Shown here: piece by piece, positions 1 to 9,092 of the stretch
Layout: the number at the start of each line of letters is the position of its first letter
Position numbering within the stretch: position 1 is the first letter of the stretch
IMG/VR virus record: IMGVR_UViG_3300030107_004423
Span: 18,924-82,923 of that record
Strand: one strand, 5' to 3'
DNA: 64,000 bases
DNA from: a virus
Notes under the pieces: model-generated
Database searches by the model: none
Told to the model about the DNA's origin: nothing
What the model saw: the letters and a program-made list of their open reading frames with translations, nothing else
Position numbers and translations under genes: made by a program

Positions 1-32
1 CCTCCAGGATCTATATCGTAATTCATATTCAT
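1..32 (-). CDS. 5' end of a gene truncated by the window edge
   Basis: ATG at 32 preceded by AGGAGG; frame open to the window start. Confidence 0.5.
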   Translation of the reverse strand, partial: MNMNYDIDPG

Positions 33-43
33 TTTAGGCCTCC

Positions 44-691
44 TTAATATATATCTTTTTTAAATTTTATTAAATCTTTTGTTGATTCGTTCCCTCTAAC
101 AGGCAGCATTCCGCTAAATTTAATATTTTCATTAGCTCCTGATATTCTATCTGCTACATTCATTGCAGTATCAGTAGTTAAAGGTAATCTATCTACATCT
201 ATATTTCCACCCTTACCAAATATAGACATCAAATCTTCTTTTATATTTGACACCTTCTTAAGTTCTAGAGGGCCTGGTGCTTCACCTGTTAACTCGCTCA
301 TATATTTAGAAGTCATCCCTTTTCCAACTCCTTTTATACTAGAGCCTATTAAGCTTTCTGTACTCAAAGGATCTAAAGAGCTTTCATAAGTAGATTGCAA
401 ATCTTGTCTAAATCTAGGGTCTTTAGGCATATCACCAGCAAATAGATTTCCTATTGATTTTCCAAGAACATCACCACCAGCTTGTTTAACTCCTTGAGCA
501 ATAAAACCTCCACCAGGAATAAGATAATTTAAAGCTAGTGTAGTAAATAAACTCCCTGCAGATTGGAATAATCCTGCATTCTCTATATAATCTTGTAGCT
601 TTTGAAAATAATCTATTTTATCTGAAGTATGTTTTGTTTTCTTAGCATAATATTGACCGCTAGACTTTCTTTCATATTTATTCCCTGCCAT
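44..691 (-). CDS. hypothetical virion protein (possible ejection/pilot-type, Gly-rich hydrophobic segment)
   Basis: 215 aa ORF with RBS; lies downstream of tail genes, the position of the small ejection-type genes in the second copy. Confidence 0.6.
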   Translation of the reverse strand: MAGNKYERKSSGQYYAKKTKHTSDKIDYFQKLQDYIENAGLFQSAGSLFTTLALNYLIPGGGFIAQGVKQAGGDVLGKSIGNLFAGDMPKDPRFRQDLQSTYESSLDPLSTESLIGSSIKGVGKGMTSKYMSELTGEAPGPLELKKVSNIKEDLMSIFGKGGNIDVDRLPLTTDTAMNVADRISGANENIKFSGMLPVRGNESTKDLIKFKKDIY

Positions 692-703
692 TGTAACCTC
701 TCT

Positions 704-1423
704 TTAAAATGTTCTATTGCTTGTATTTAATTCTGGATCTTGAGCTGATACAGAGCCCCTTGTCTTTATTGTCTCAGCTATATTCCATCTATATACTACT
801 GTTATATTAGTATCATCCATATTATCAGGAGTTGTAAGTTTTACAGAATATATCTTTCCCTTTGTTAATGCATTAGTACCTGAATCCATAGTACCTAATT
901 TCATTTCATGTACTGTGTTTGCAGCCAAATCTACAATCTCTTGTTTTGTACAAACAGGAGACTTAGCTACAGGCAATTCAGTGCCATCACTTTGCTCAAA
1001 TATTTCGTATTTTAATGGAGTAGTACCATCCGATATAGCATTCTCTGATCTAAACAATATCTTCATTATATGACCATTGTATGGAGCTAATAAAGTCAAA
1101 TGTTCATTAGCACCTGTTAGTGCTGTTCCTTCTGAAGTAGTTTGACTACTTAAAGGAATATAAGCAGTAGTACCAGCTCTATTAAAATTACATGTATGTA
1201 CTCCATAAGTATATATAGGTTTAATCATACCTCTATCTCTAGTCACTTTATTATAATTTCTTTTGTATATAGTATTTTCAACTCTAACATATTCAACTAA
1301 ACCTTCTTTAGTTACTCTTAACTCTGGAACTCCAATAGATAAATCAGAAAGACTAGGAACTCCTCTTCTTATTACTAGTTTATCTTGCTTTCTTTTTAAC
1401 TTATTTCTTAAAGTTTTATCCAT
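704..1423 (-). CDS. tail-associated protein; N-terminal ~60 aa homologous to 55851..56075, plus beta-rich C-terminal extension
   Basis: DKTLRNKLKRKQDK..GVPELR vs DRTIRNLIHKKQER..GVPEFR; TAATG coupling to upstream gene. Confidence 0.7.
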   Translation of the reverse strand: MDKTLRNKLKRKQDKLVIRRGVPSLSDLSIGVPELRVTKEGLVEYVRVENTIYKRNYNKVTRDRGMIKPIYTYGVHTCNFNRAGTTAYIPLSSQTTSEGTALTGANEHLTLLAPYNGHIMKILFRSENAISDGTTPLKYEIFEQSDGTELPVAKSPVCTKQEIVDLAANTVHEMKLGTMDSGTNALTKGKIYSVKLTTPDNMDDTNITVVYRWNIAETIKTRGSVSAQDPELNTSNRTF

Positions 1424-4400
1424 TAAATATTTTTCAACCTGTAAACTATAGATATATCATGTATTTTAAATGTACTTGGAACTTTAACAGATCCAGATTC
1501 TATTTTAAATCTTATAGAATAAGCATTAGTTATTTTAGCAGAAGGCTTTAATACAGCTATATGATCTCCTGCAGCACCTTCTAAATTACTATCAAATTGC
1601 AACCAACTACCAGTATTATTTACCATATAAACTACATCTGCATTTAAACTTGTACCTCCAGAATAAGCTATTATTAATTTGTATATATTCTTTCTTACTC
1701 CTGGAAATCCTAAATCATAATCTTTTGTTCTTATATCTAAATCACCTACTATAACATGCTGAGAATCATCAGTCCATTTAAAAACACTAGTATCACTAGT
1801 TGCTGTAGTGTTGCTAGTTTGAGTTATAAGCATTGTATTTGCACCATAAACTAGATCACTATTACCATCTACAACAAAATTAGTCTTATATGCATCTACA
1901 ACTCTTGTTTCTTCTAATGATTGCTGAGATCCTCTTGTCCATGATTTACTTATTGTATCATAAATAAAGCATCTTGGGTCTGTTGTACTACCACTAGATA
2001 TATCATCATAAACTATTATATGTGGACCTTTTGGAAAGAATCCTACCATAGGTGTTAATTCTGTTTCACCACTACCTGAATCTGATTTGTCTGCAACTAA
2101 AAAATCTTTCCATGTAGATAAGTCTATAACTCTTCCACCTTCTTCTCCTTCTTTGACAAATAAATCTTTTACATCTTCTCCATTATAATTAAATACTCCT
2201 AAATTATTTGCCCATGTAACTCCAAGAGAAGTTCTTGCTACACTAGCAGAATGCTTTACTCCCTTATACATAATAGTATCTTCCATAGTGGTTTTACCAT
2301 CTGCATCTATACTTAATATATGTAGCTTATTCTTTTTAAATTGTAATATTCTATCCCCATAAGATTCTAAATGTACTACCTCATCTCCATCTTGGATAGA
2401 AGCTTCATCTATCATATTTGAAGTAAATACATCATACCTATTAGGCCTAGATTTAATCATAGCATCAGGCATTTGAGTTTCATTACCTTCTCTATCTTTT
2501 ATAGTAACATTACCTATAACAACTCTTCTACCTAATATAGCTGCTGTTTTAAATTTTATTTCTAGATTTGGGTCTACTATATCATAACCAGTATTATCTT
2601 CATATGTTATTAATTCTGAGGGAGTAAATAAAGGCTCAGTCTCAGTATATAAAACTTCAGGATTAGTTTGCTCGGCTCCATTTGAATATCCTATAGCATG
2701 TTGCCATCCTTTAGTTGCATAAGTACCAGTAGACATATCCTTTATGCCTTTGTATAAATCAACTTCAGCTTGTAAATACCAAGTACTTGTACCAGCTTCT
2801 CTCATATATATATTTACACCTGTAATTCTATCATTCCAATACTTCAATTCATTGACACCTGTATACACACGTATAGATGCTTTATTACTAGTAAAGTTTC
2901 CATTCATTATATTGCCTAATTCATTACTAGTACCAAGACTTCCAGCTGTATCTCCATCGAAATTAAAGTGTGGATCTCCACTACTATTTTGAATAACATG
3001 CAAAGAAGATTCTTGTCCAGTAGGATTTTCATTATCATATATCAAACTATAAGCACAATTCCATACTCTATCCCATCCAGCTCCTTCGTCATTTTCAGTA
3101 GTATATAAAGCTATATCATCAGCATCTCCATTAGCACTATATAGCCTTACATGTATAGCATGTTTTTCAGAAGGCACACTTCCGTAATTTGTTGCAGTAC
3201 TACTTCCACCTGATCCATCTAAATCTGTCCCTGGATGTGTATTGCCACCTGATCCTGTTGATCTTGCAAGTACTGTAAATTCTGAGCTATGATCATTAGT
3301 CAATAACTCAGAAGGCCCTTTTACTTCTGCATCACCAGTATGCCAACCTTCAATTTTATATGATTGATCTACAGGATAAGGACTTCCACTTCCTTTATCT
3401 GTTGTATAATTAGTGCTAGATGCTGCGTGTCTATTCCCTGTATAATATCTTTCTTTATTTATGTATCCTAACCATTGTGTTGTATTAGAACCTGATGCAT
3501 CTGAACATCTTATAGCTCCATCCATATTATAATATACATGCTTAGCACCTGCAGTAGATCCCATGTCTAATACATTTGTGGATGACCAACTACTTAAGCT
3601 GTTATCATCAAAATACTTACTATGAACAAAGCTATCTGCATCCCCACTTGCATCACCTAGTATTAAATAATCATCTGTAGTATTAGTTTGATCTACAATT
3701 CTTAAATCTAAAGCTTCCATTATAAAAGATGGTCCAAATGTCAATGTTTGATTTGAGTTCGTTGCTGTAGTATCTGCACTTACTTTAAATAAAGTTGCAC
3801 TTATTATTTTTATAATAGTGCTGCCTGCTGCTATTCCTGTACCACTAACTGTCATACCTACAGCTAAATTTGCTGTGCTGTCACATTGAACTACATGAGG
3901 ATCACTTCCAAAAGTATCTTCAGAGCTTAAAGCTGAAGAATTAGTATCACAAGTAGCATCTGTAAATGAAGTGCTAGTTGCTGTTATTTTAAAATCACAA
4001 CTACCATCATTAACATCAGCATGAGATGTAACTAATACTTGATGAGTTCCAGGGGTACTTTTTCCAGCTAAAGCTACATTATCAGCAGCAAAAAATCCTG
4101 CACCACCAGCTAATACTAATGTATCTATTGTTCCTGCTACTTGTCTTAATTGATATGTAAAGAGATATGTAACACCACCAGTTGGTGTCTTTGTCCATTT
4201 ACCATCTATATCTTGTACTATTGTATTAGCACTAGCATTATGTTGATATAATATTTGAGTAGAGCTCCTACTAAATCCATTAGCAACAACCCAATCAGTG
4301 CCATTATCAAAACTTGAATAGCTATTAATAAGCATATTTCCTATAGAAAGATTTGCATATCTTTTATCATGAGGAAATCTATGTAAACCATATCCTGGAT

Positions 4401-4863
4401 TTATAGTAACTGTTGGTACTGTAGAATTAGCACCTTGTAAAGTAGCTACAACTAAATCAGCTGTATTAGATGTACTGCCAGGATCAGTAAATCTTATAGC
4501 TTCATCTACAACATACCCATTGCCTGGATTTGCTATTTCAAATGTAGGAATACCAGAAACATTTGTTGTTACCTTTACACGTAAGCCAACTCCACTACCA
4601 CTAGTACTTGTTTGTAAAAATGCTGTATGAGTTTGACTAGCCTGCCAAAGCCCGCTAGGAGTTGGAGTCAAATCATCTACAGTAAGTACACCAGTATCGC
4701 TAGAGCTATGAGCAATAGTACCACCCATAGTTCTGATTGTACCTTTCCTATCTACCATTATATCATCAGCTTTATATAATTCATTTTCAGCTAAATCTCT
4801 AATGTTAGTATGGGTATTTAATCCACCAGAAAAATCTATTTGCTTAAATATATCTTTAGGCAT
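1423..4863 (-). CDS. tail nozzle / stabilization-type protein, copy 1
   Basis: 1146 aa; N-terminal DFSGGLN..RDLAENE, C-terminal TKDYDLGFPGVRKNIYK..IHDISIVYRLK typical of podoviral tail tubular/stabilization proteins; homolog at 56075..59569. Confidence 0.75.
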   Translation of the reverse strand: MPKDIFKQIDFSGGLNTHTNIRDLAENELYKADDIMVDRKGTIRTMGGTIAHSSSDTGVLTVDDLTPTPSGLWQASQTHTAFLQTSTSGSGVGLRVKVTTNVSGIPTFEIANPGNGYVVDEAIRFTDPGSTSNTADLVVATLQGANSTVPTVTINPGYGLHRFPHDKRYANLSIGNMLINSYSSFDNGTDWVVANGFSRSSTQILYQHNASANTIVQDIDGKWTKTPTGGVTYLFTYQLRQVAGTIDTLVLAGGAGFFAADNVALAGKSTPGTHQVLVTSHADVNDGSCDFKITATSTSFTDATCDTNSSALSSEDTFGSDPHVVQCDSTANLAVGMTVSGTGIAAGSTIIKIISATLFKVSADTTATNSNQTLTFGPSFIMEALDLRIVDQTNTTDDYLILGDASGDADSFVHSKYFDDNSLSSWSSTNVLDMGSTAGAKHVYYNMDGAIRCSDASGSNTTQWLGYINKERYYTGNRHAASSTNYTTDKGSGSPYPVDQSYKIEGWHTGDAEVKGPSELLTNDHSSEFTVLARSTGSGGNTHPGTDLDGSGGSSTATNYGSVPSEKHAIHVRLYSANGDADDIALYTTENDEGAGWDRVWNCAYSLIYDNENPTGQESSLHVIQNSSGDPHFNFDGDTAGSLGTSNELGNIMNGNFTSNKASIRVYTGVNELKYWNDRITGVNIYMREAGTSTWYLQAEVDLYKGIKDMSTGTYATKGWQHAIGYSNGAEQTNPEVLYTETEPLFTPSELITYEDNTGYDIVDPNLEIKFKTAAILGRRVVIGNVTIKDREGNETQMPDAMIKSRPNRYDVFTSNMIDEASIQDGDEVVHLESYGDRILQFKKNKLHILSIDADGKTTMEDTIMYKGVKHSASVARTSLGVTWANNLGVFNYNGEDVKDLFVKEGEEGGRVIDLSTWKDFLVADKSDSGSGETELTPMVGFFPKGPHIIVYDDISSGSTTDPRCFIYDTISKSWTRGSQQSLEETRVVDAYKTNFVVDGNSDLVYGANTMLITQTSNTTATSDTSVFKWTDDSQHVIVGDLDIRTKDYDLGFPGVRKNIYKLIIAYSGGTSLNADVVYMVNNTGSWLQFDSNLEGAAGDHIAVLKPSAKITNAYSIRFKIESGSVKVPSTFKIHDISIVYRLKNI

Positions 4864-4881
4864 TCTTCTTCCTTAAAATTA

Positions 4882-4972
4882 TACTGGATGGGGTATATTC
4901 AACAATGATAGACCCACATGAACTTAAAGGAGTAGTGAACTTTTGCGGTTCAGTACATACCCCATACCAGTA
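4882..4972 (-). ncRNA. conserved structured intergenic element upstream of the tail nozzle gene
   Basis: stem TACTGGATGGGGTAT / ATACCCCATACCAGTA enclosing a loop conserved in the second copy (59579..59668). Confidence 0.55.
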
Positions 4973-4982
4973 ATATTTAAGT

Positions 4983-5162
4983 TTACTTGAGGATGACACC
5001 TTTAACCACAGCCTCAACTGATTCATAAATAGCTTCTATTATCTTTCCTTCAGTTTTTTCATTGATAATAGGTATATTTATATTCTCATTTAACTCTTTA
5101 ACCATTTTAGCTTTCATTTCATCATTAAAGATGTAGTTTGCTATCATATCCTTCATGTCCAT
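4983..5162 (-). CDS. small hypothetical protein, 59 aa (MDMKDMIANY..NENINIPIINEKTE..)
   Basis: AGGAG RBS; conserved in second copy 59675..59854; not in ORF track. Confidence 0.75.
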   Translation of the reverse strand: MDMKDMIANYIFNDEMKAKMVKELNENINIPIINEKTEGKIIEAIYESVEAVVKGVILK

Positions 5163-5172
5163 TTAACTTCTC

Positions 5173-5277
5173 CTATTTGCTTGACCATTCTCGCCATTTA
5201 ATCTTAACAGCTATATAGCATATCCATATAGGTATTGATATAAATATACTCTTCACTATAGCTATTAATAATTCCAT
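5173..5277 (-). CDS. 34 aa hydrophobic membrane peptide
   Basis: MELLIAIVKSIFISIPIWICYIAVKIKWREWSSK; TAATG-coupled; conserved at 59865..59969. Confidence 0.6.
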   Translation of the reverse strand: MELLIAIVKSIFISIPIWICYIAVKIKWREWSSK

Positions 5278-5507
5278 TATTGATTCTTCCAATATCTTTT
5301 TCTAGCCTTTGCTTCAAAATAATTATCAGTAGAATCTTCTGGAGCTAAGATGTATTTATCATTTATTAAATAAAAATCATCTTCTTCCCAACTACACACT
5401 AATCCTTCACTATCGTAATGCTCTTCAATCCTTGGATACATACAATTTAATCCTTCACCAATAATAGTAAAGGATATTGCATATGTAAGATAAGTAGTAA
5501 AATCCAT
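5277..5507 (-). CDS. small membrane/secreted protein (possible lysis accessory)
   Basis: N-terminal hydrophobic stretch, two Cys; near-identical copy at 60054..60284. Confidence 0.65.
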   Translation of the reverse strand: MDFTTYLTYAISFTIIGEGLNCMYPRIEEHYDSEGLVCSWEEDDFYLINDKYILAPEDSTDNYFEAKARKRYWKNQ

Positions 5508-5968
5508 TACTTTTTACCTCTTTTTAATGGTTTGTCGCTTCCCCATACTGCATCTTTATCAGTCTGTAATTCACACGTAGTTCCACCATCTCCACCAACT
5601 TCAACAACTTTATCATTTAATTTAACTTTCATTGGAGCTTTAGTTAAAACATAGTCCATTAATTTTTCTAGAGAATGGTTTGCAGCTTCATTAGCTTTAG
5701 CAGCATCTGATGGCTTTTCAGGTGGTGCAGTCATTTGTTGCAATACATTTATAAGACCTAAAGTAACAGTTGAAACTAAACCAGTAACTACAGCTAAAGC
5801 CTCAGACTTAAGGTAATAAGCAGAACCTACAAGAACTCCAACCATAATCATAATAGCTGGTACTGATTGTATTCCTACATAATATCGTAGTGAATCAGCC
5901 ATCATCCTTTTCTTAACTGCCCTCTCTTTTTTAATCTTATCTATTTCTTCTTTACTTAACTGAGCCAT
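5507..5968 (-). CDS. two-TM membrane protein (holin candidate)
   Basis: two hydrophobic helices, charged termini; near-identical copy at 60284..60745. Confidence 0.6.
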   Translation of the reverse strand: MAQLSKEEIDKIKKERAVKKRMMADSLRYYVGIQSVPAIMIMVGVLVGSAYYLKSEALAVVTGLVSTVTLGLINVLQQMTAPPEKPSDAAKANEAANHSLEKLMDYVLTKAPMKVKLNDKVVEVGGDGGTTCELQTDKDAVWGSDKPLKRGKK

Positions 5969-6743
5969 TTATCATTTCTCCCCATACGCTAGTTTTACCT
6001 TTTATTATTTCTACTACCTCTACTTTGAAATCACCATTCTTAAACCAATCAACTATAGCAAATGCATGATTCCAATTATGTAAATTACCTTTAAGCCATG
6101 TATTAGCTTCTGACTTCATATCCTTTAAACATCCAAGACTCCATGCTGACTGAGTACCACCTAATCCAGTCTCTGTAAATCTCTGTAAATCATGTGTATG
6201 TCCATATATAATATTTTCCTTATACGCTGATAAATGCTTTTTAGCGTGATGTATAGGAACATAATCACCATGTGTAAAGTTTAATTTGCCTATTTTGAGC
6301 TTATTAGTGCTTATATAGGGCCAATACTCATAACCTCTATCATCTAGCCTTAAAGCCTTTTTAGTCTCATATTGCGGCAAATATGGATGTTTATGTACAA
6401 AGTTATCCAACCATACTTCATGATTACCTTGTATGAAATGCCTTTCAGTACAATTTACTTTATTCAAAGAGCTGTCTATAATATCCATACCTTTGTTAAC
6501 CTGTCTCACTTCTTTGTTTAACATTGGTATTAAAACTTCTAATGGAGGTTTTTCTTTGTGCCTCCAGTGATGCGGACTGAATGTTTCCCATTCACCTGTA
6601 TCACCTAAATCTATATAGATATCGGGTCCTACTAACTCTATTGCTTTACATACTACATTTATTGCTTTTTTATCGTGTAACGGGAAATGCTTATCTGGTG
6701 TAACTATAGCTCTTTTTATTACACCATTTTTAACATTAGGCAT
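5952..6743 (-). CDS. calcineurin-like metallophosphoesterase, copy 1
   Basis: motifs DKH, GD, GNHE, HG, GHTH in canonical order. Confidence 0.85.
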   Translation of the reverse strand: MPNVKNGVIKRAIVTPDKHFPLHDKKAINVVCKAIELVGPDIYIDLGDTGEWETFSPHHWRHKEKPPLEVLIPMLNKEVRQVNKGMDIIDSSLNKVNCTERHFIQGNHEVWLDNFVHKHPYLPQYETKKALRLDDRGYEYWPYISTNKLKIGKLNFTHGDYVPIHHAKKHLSAYKENIIYGHTHDLQRFTETGLGGTQSAWSLGCLKDMKSEANTWLKGNLHNWNHAFAIVDWFKNGDFKVEVVEIIKGKTSVWGEMINGSVK

Positions 6744-6751
6744 ATAGCCTC

Positions 6752-6898
6752 CTATTTTATCTCTTTAAATATCTTTATACACATATAGATAAATGTTGCA
6801 ACCCCAACTAGTAAGCTTACCACTGGTGGTACCATTTCCATAAAAGATATCCAAAAACCTCCCATTCCAACTCCTGCTGTTCTTAATGTATCTGCCAT
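6752..6898 (-). CDS. 48 aa holin-like membrane protein
   Basis: MADTLRTAGVGMGGFWISF..SLLVGVATFIYMCIKIFKEIK; conserved at 61529..61675. Confidence 0.6.
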   Translation of the reverse strand: MADTLRTAGVGMGGFWISFMEMVPPVVSLLVGVATFIYMCIKIFKEIK

Positions 6899-8031
6899 TA
6901 TCTTATTCCTACTTTAGGAGCTTGTATTTGCCTTATAGTCTTAATTAAACTCCCATCGTACTTATCTATTTTCTTATAAAATTCTTTCATATAATATTCT
7001 TTAGCCTTAAACTCTCCTTGATCTTCCATAGCCCTAGCTTTCATATAGCATATTATAGCTCTACAAAGATATGGTGGTAAATCTAAATCAAAGTCCTCAT
7101 CTTCCATTACATTTACATCACTAACTAAATAACAATGATCTCTATATGCGCCATATATTAAAGCGCTAGAATTAGCAACTGCTGTAGTGTTAGGACTAGT
7201 ATCAACATATTCTTCTTCTACGCTTGTAATGCCTGCAGATTCATCTAATACTATAGGAACATAAACTTTATTTTTTATATACATTTGATGTTCTTCTTCT
7301 TGAGATCCATCTCCAACATCTATTGAATGTACTTGCCATAATCCTGCATTTAAAGTTGTAGTATTGTATATATAAATATAATCACCAGCCTCAAATATAT
7401 TACCAAGCCATATATTGCTAGCATTATTTGCATTAATCTTAGATAAAACAACTCCGCTTGTAGATAATGCTTCAGCTCCTATGTCTATATTAGAAGATCC
7501 TGTAACACCTGCTACTGTTTGGTTTACTTTTGTATAAGTTTGTATTAATCCGCCATTATCTACAGCTTGTACTTTATGAATACCATTCCATCTTGTGCTG
7601 TTTTTAATAAGTATATTTTCATTTACTGCTACTGCGCTATAAGGAGAGGATCCCCAATTAGGAGCAGTAGAAAGATGACTTCTAATAAATGAAAGGTATC
7701 CATCCTTTACAGTCCATCCATTTAACCAGAATTTATTAGACATATTTTTTAATTCATCGCTTACCCAATATGTAGGAGAATAAGCATATTCTATTTCTAA
7801 GCCATTTGTAATAGTCTCTAAAGGACTTTGCCATTCTTCAAAAGAACCTATAGAGCTACCACCACTACTTGGTATCCATTGACCGCCAGCAGCTTCACAA
7901 GCATCTTTAGTTGTATGGCTTCCTACAGTACAATGAGCTACAGCTTTAAATCCAGAAGATGATCTACTTTCAGATTCTACTATAGCAAGTTTATTACCTC
8001 TTATATAATATGCATATTTTTTAAATGCCAT
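6898..8031 (-). CDS. tail/neck structural protein with large internal insertion
   Basis: likely start MAFKKYAYY at 8031; N- and C-termini align with 121 aa ORF 61675..62040 (..YMKARAMEDQGEFKAKEYYMKEFYK..). Confidence 0.7.
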   Translation of the reverse strand: MAFKKYAYYIRGNKLAIVESESRSSSGFKAVAHCTVGSHTTKDACEAAGGQWIPSSGGSSIGSFEEWQSPLETITNGLEIEYAYSPTYWVSDELKNMSNKFWLNGWTVKDGYLSFIRSHLSTAPNWGSSPYSAVAVNENILIKNSTRWNGIHKVQAVDNGGLIQTYTKVNQTVAGVTGSSNIDIGAEALSTSGVVLSKINANNASNIWLGNIFEAGDYIYIYNTTTLNAGLWQVHSIDVGDGSQEEEHQMYIKNKVYVPIVLDESAGITSVEEEYVDTSPNTTAVANSSALIYGAYRDHCYLVSDVNVMEDEDFDLDLPPYLCRAIICYMKARAMEDQGEFKAKEYYMKEFYKKIDKYDGSLIKTIRQIQAPKVGIR

Positions 8032-8302
8032 CATTATCTCCTCTAGCAGGCTTATAAATACTTCTAGGTATACTTTCGTATTCATTTTCTGAATTATTTT
8101 GATTTTTACATCTAATATCTATAATTTTAATAGCATTATGAGGTATATCATAATATCTTTGATCTTTTTTTAAATCTTGTCTTTCTACTTCAATATGGGT
8201 CTCGCTTTTTAAATTTATTTCTTCCAAAGCATCTTCAATATAAGCTATAGCTAGTCCAGTTTGATTCATACCAGCTCTTTCCATTAATTTTTGAACTTTC
8301 AT
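8021..8302 (-). CDS. tail/neck structural protein, short form (93 aa)
   Basis: MKVQKLMERAG..AIAYIEDALEE aligns with termini of 437 aa ORF 62040..63353. Confidence 0.7.
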   Translation of the reverse strand: MKVQKLMERAGMNQTGLAIAYIEDALEEINLKSETHIEVERQDLKKDQRYYDIPHNAIKIIDIRCKNQNNSENEYESIPRSIYKPARGDNDGI

Positions 8303-9003
8303 TATCTACCGCCTCTTTGTTGTTTTTGTTGTGGAGGTTTTCCAAAAGAATTGCTATAGTCTGCTTTTAAAGATTCTAAATGAGTATTTAAAGTTCTTGC
8401 CAATTCACTATCTTCCTCTGTTATGTTAATTTCTGCAATCTTAGCTTCTATTGATCTTATAGCTGCAAAAGTAACTACTAAATATACCATTTCTGCAGGA
8501 AAATACTTAACATCATCATGAGTATTATTTAAAGCTACACCATTACCATCTACTGGACTATTATTAATATAGTACACTTCAATACCATTATTACTACTTG
8601 GAACAGGATATACATTTACAATACCAGTATCATCTAATACATAAGCAGGATGATATTGAGATGCATAATGTATGCTATCTTTATCTACTACTCTTGATTG
8701 TAGAGCTACACTTACTTTTCTACACTCTCTCCATGCAGTAGATCCATCTGAACTTCCATCAGCTCCAGCTTCCCTTAAAACTGTAAGTATCTTTGCTCTA
8801 CCTATTTCTATTCCTTGAGAATCACTTGCAGTTTTTCTTATAAAAAGATCAGCATCTTGAGGTCTTGATGCTATAATTTTATTAGTAACATCTATAACAC
8901 CATCTCTTAAGAATTGACTTAATTCTGTATTGTCTGGAGTAGTACCACTATCAGATATTGTTATTCCTGTTAAAGCTGATACTTGTGAATTAAAATTTGC
9001 CAT
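8302..9003 (-). CDS. head-tail adaptor / tail tubular-like structural protein
   Basis: directly downstream of capsid genes; ELSQFLRDGVIDVTNKII also at window end (63353..64000). Confidence 0.65.
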   Translation of the reverse strand: MANFNSQVSALTGITISDSGTTPDNTELSQFLRDGVIDVTNKIIASRPQDADLFIRKTASDSQGIEIGRAKILTVLREAGADGSSDGSTAWRECRKVSVALQSRVVDKDSIHYASQYHPAYVLDDTGIVNVYPVPSSNNGIEVYYINNSPVDGNGVALNNTHDDVKYFPAEMVYLVVTFAAIRSIEAKIAEINITEEDSELARTLNTHLESLKADYSNSFGKPPQQKQQRGGR

Positions 9004-9017
9004 TTATCTCCTAAGGC

Positions 9018-9061
9018 GCCCGCCCTCCTAGAAGAACCCATATCATTCCAGGAGAGCGAGC
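9018..9061 (-). promoter_or_regulatory. GC-rich stem-loop between capsid and neck genes (attenuator/processing site)
   Basis: 15 bp stem GCTCGCTCTCCTGGA/TCTAGGAGGGCGGGC on - strand with G-U pairs. Confidence 0.55.
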
Positions 9062-9092
9062 TTTTTAGTTTGTTAGTTAACTGTTATGCATC

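Larger units (their letters stand above)
4983..6898. repeat. ~1.9 kb high-identity direct repeat, copy 1 (copy 2 at 59675..61675)
   Basis: collinear at offset 54777 (54692 below an 85 bp indel); differences mostly at synonymous positions. Confidence 0.95.

Noticed and set aside
4983-6898. Exact direct terminal repeat of the phage genome
   Set aside because: Copies differ at many synonymous sites and by an 85 bp indel, and flanks are diverged homologs; true terminal repeats are identical
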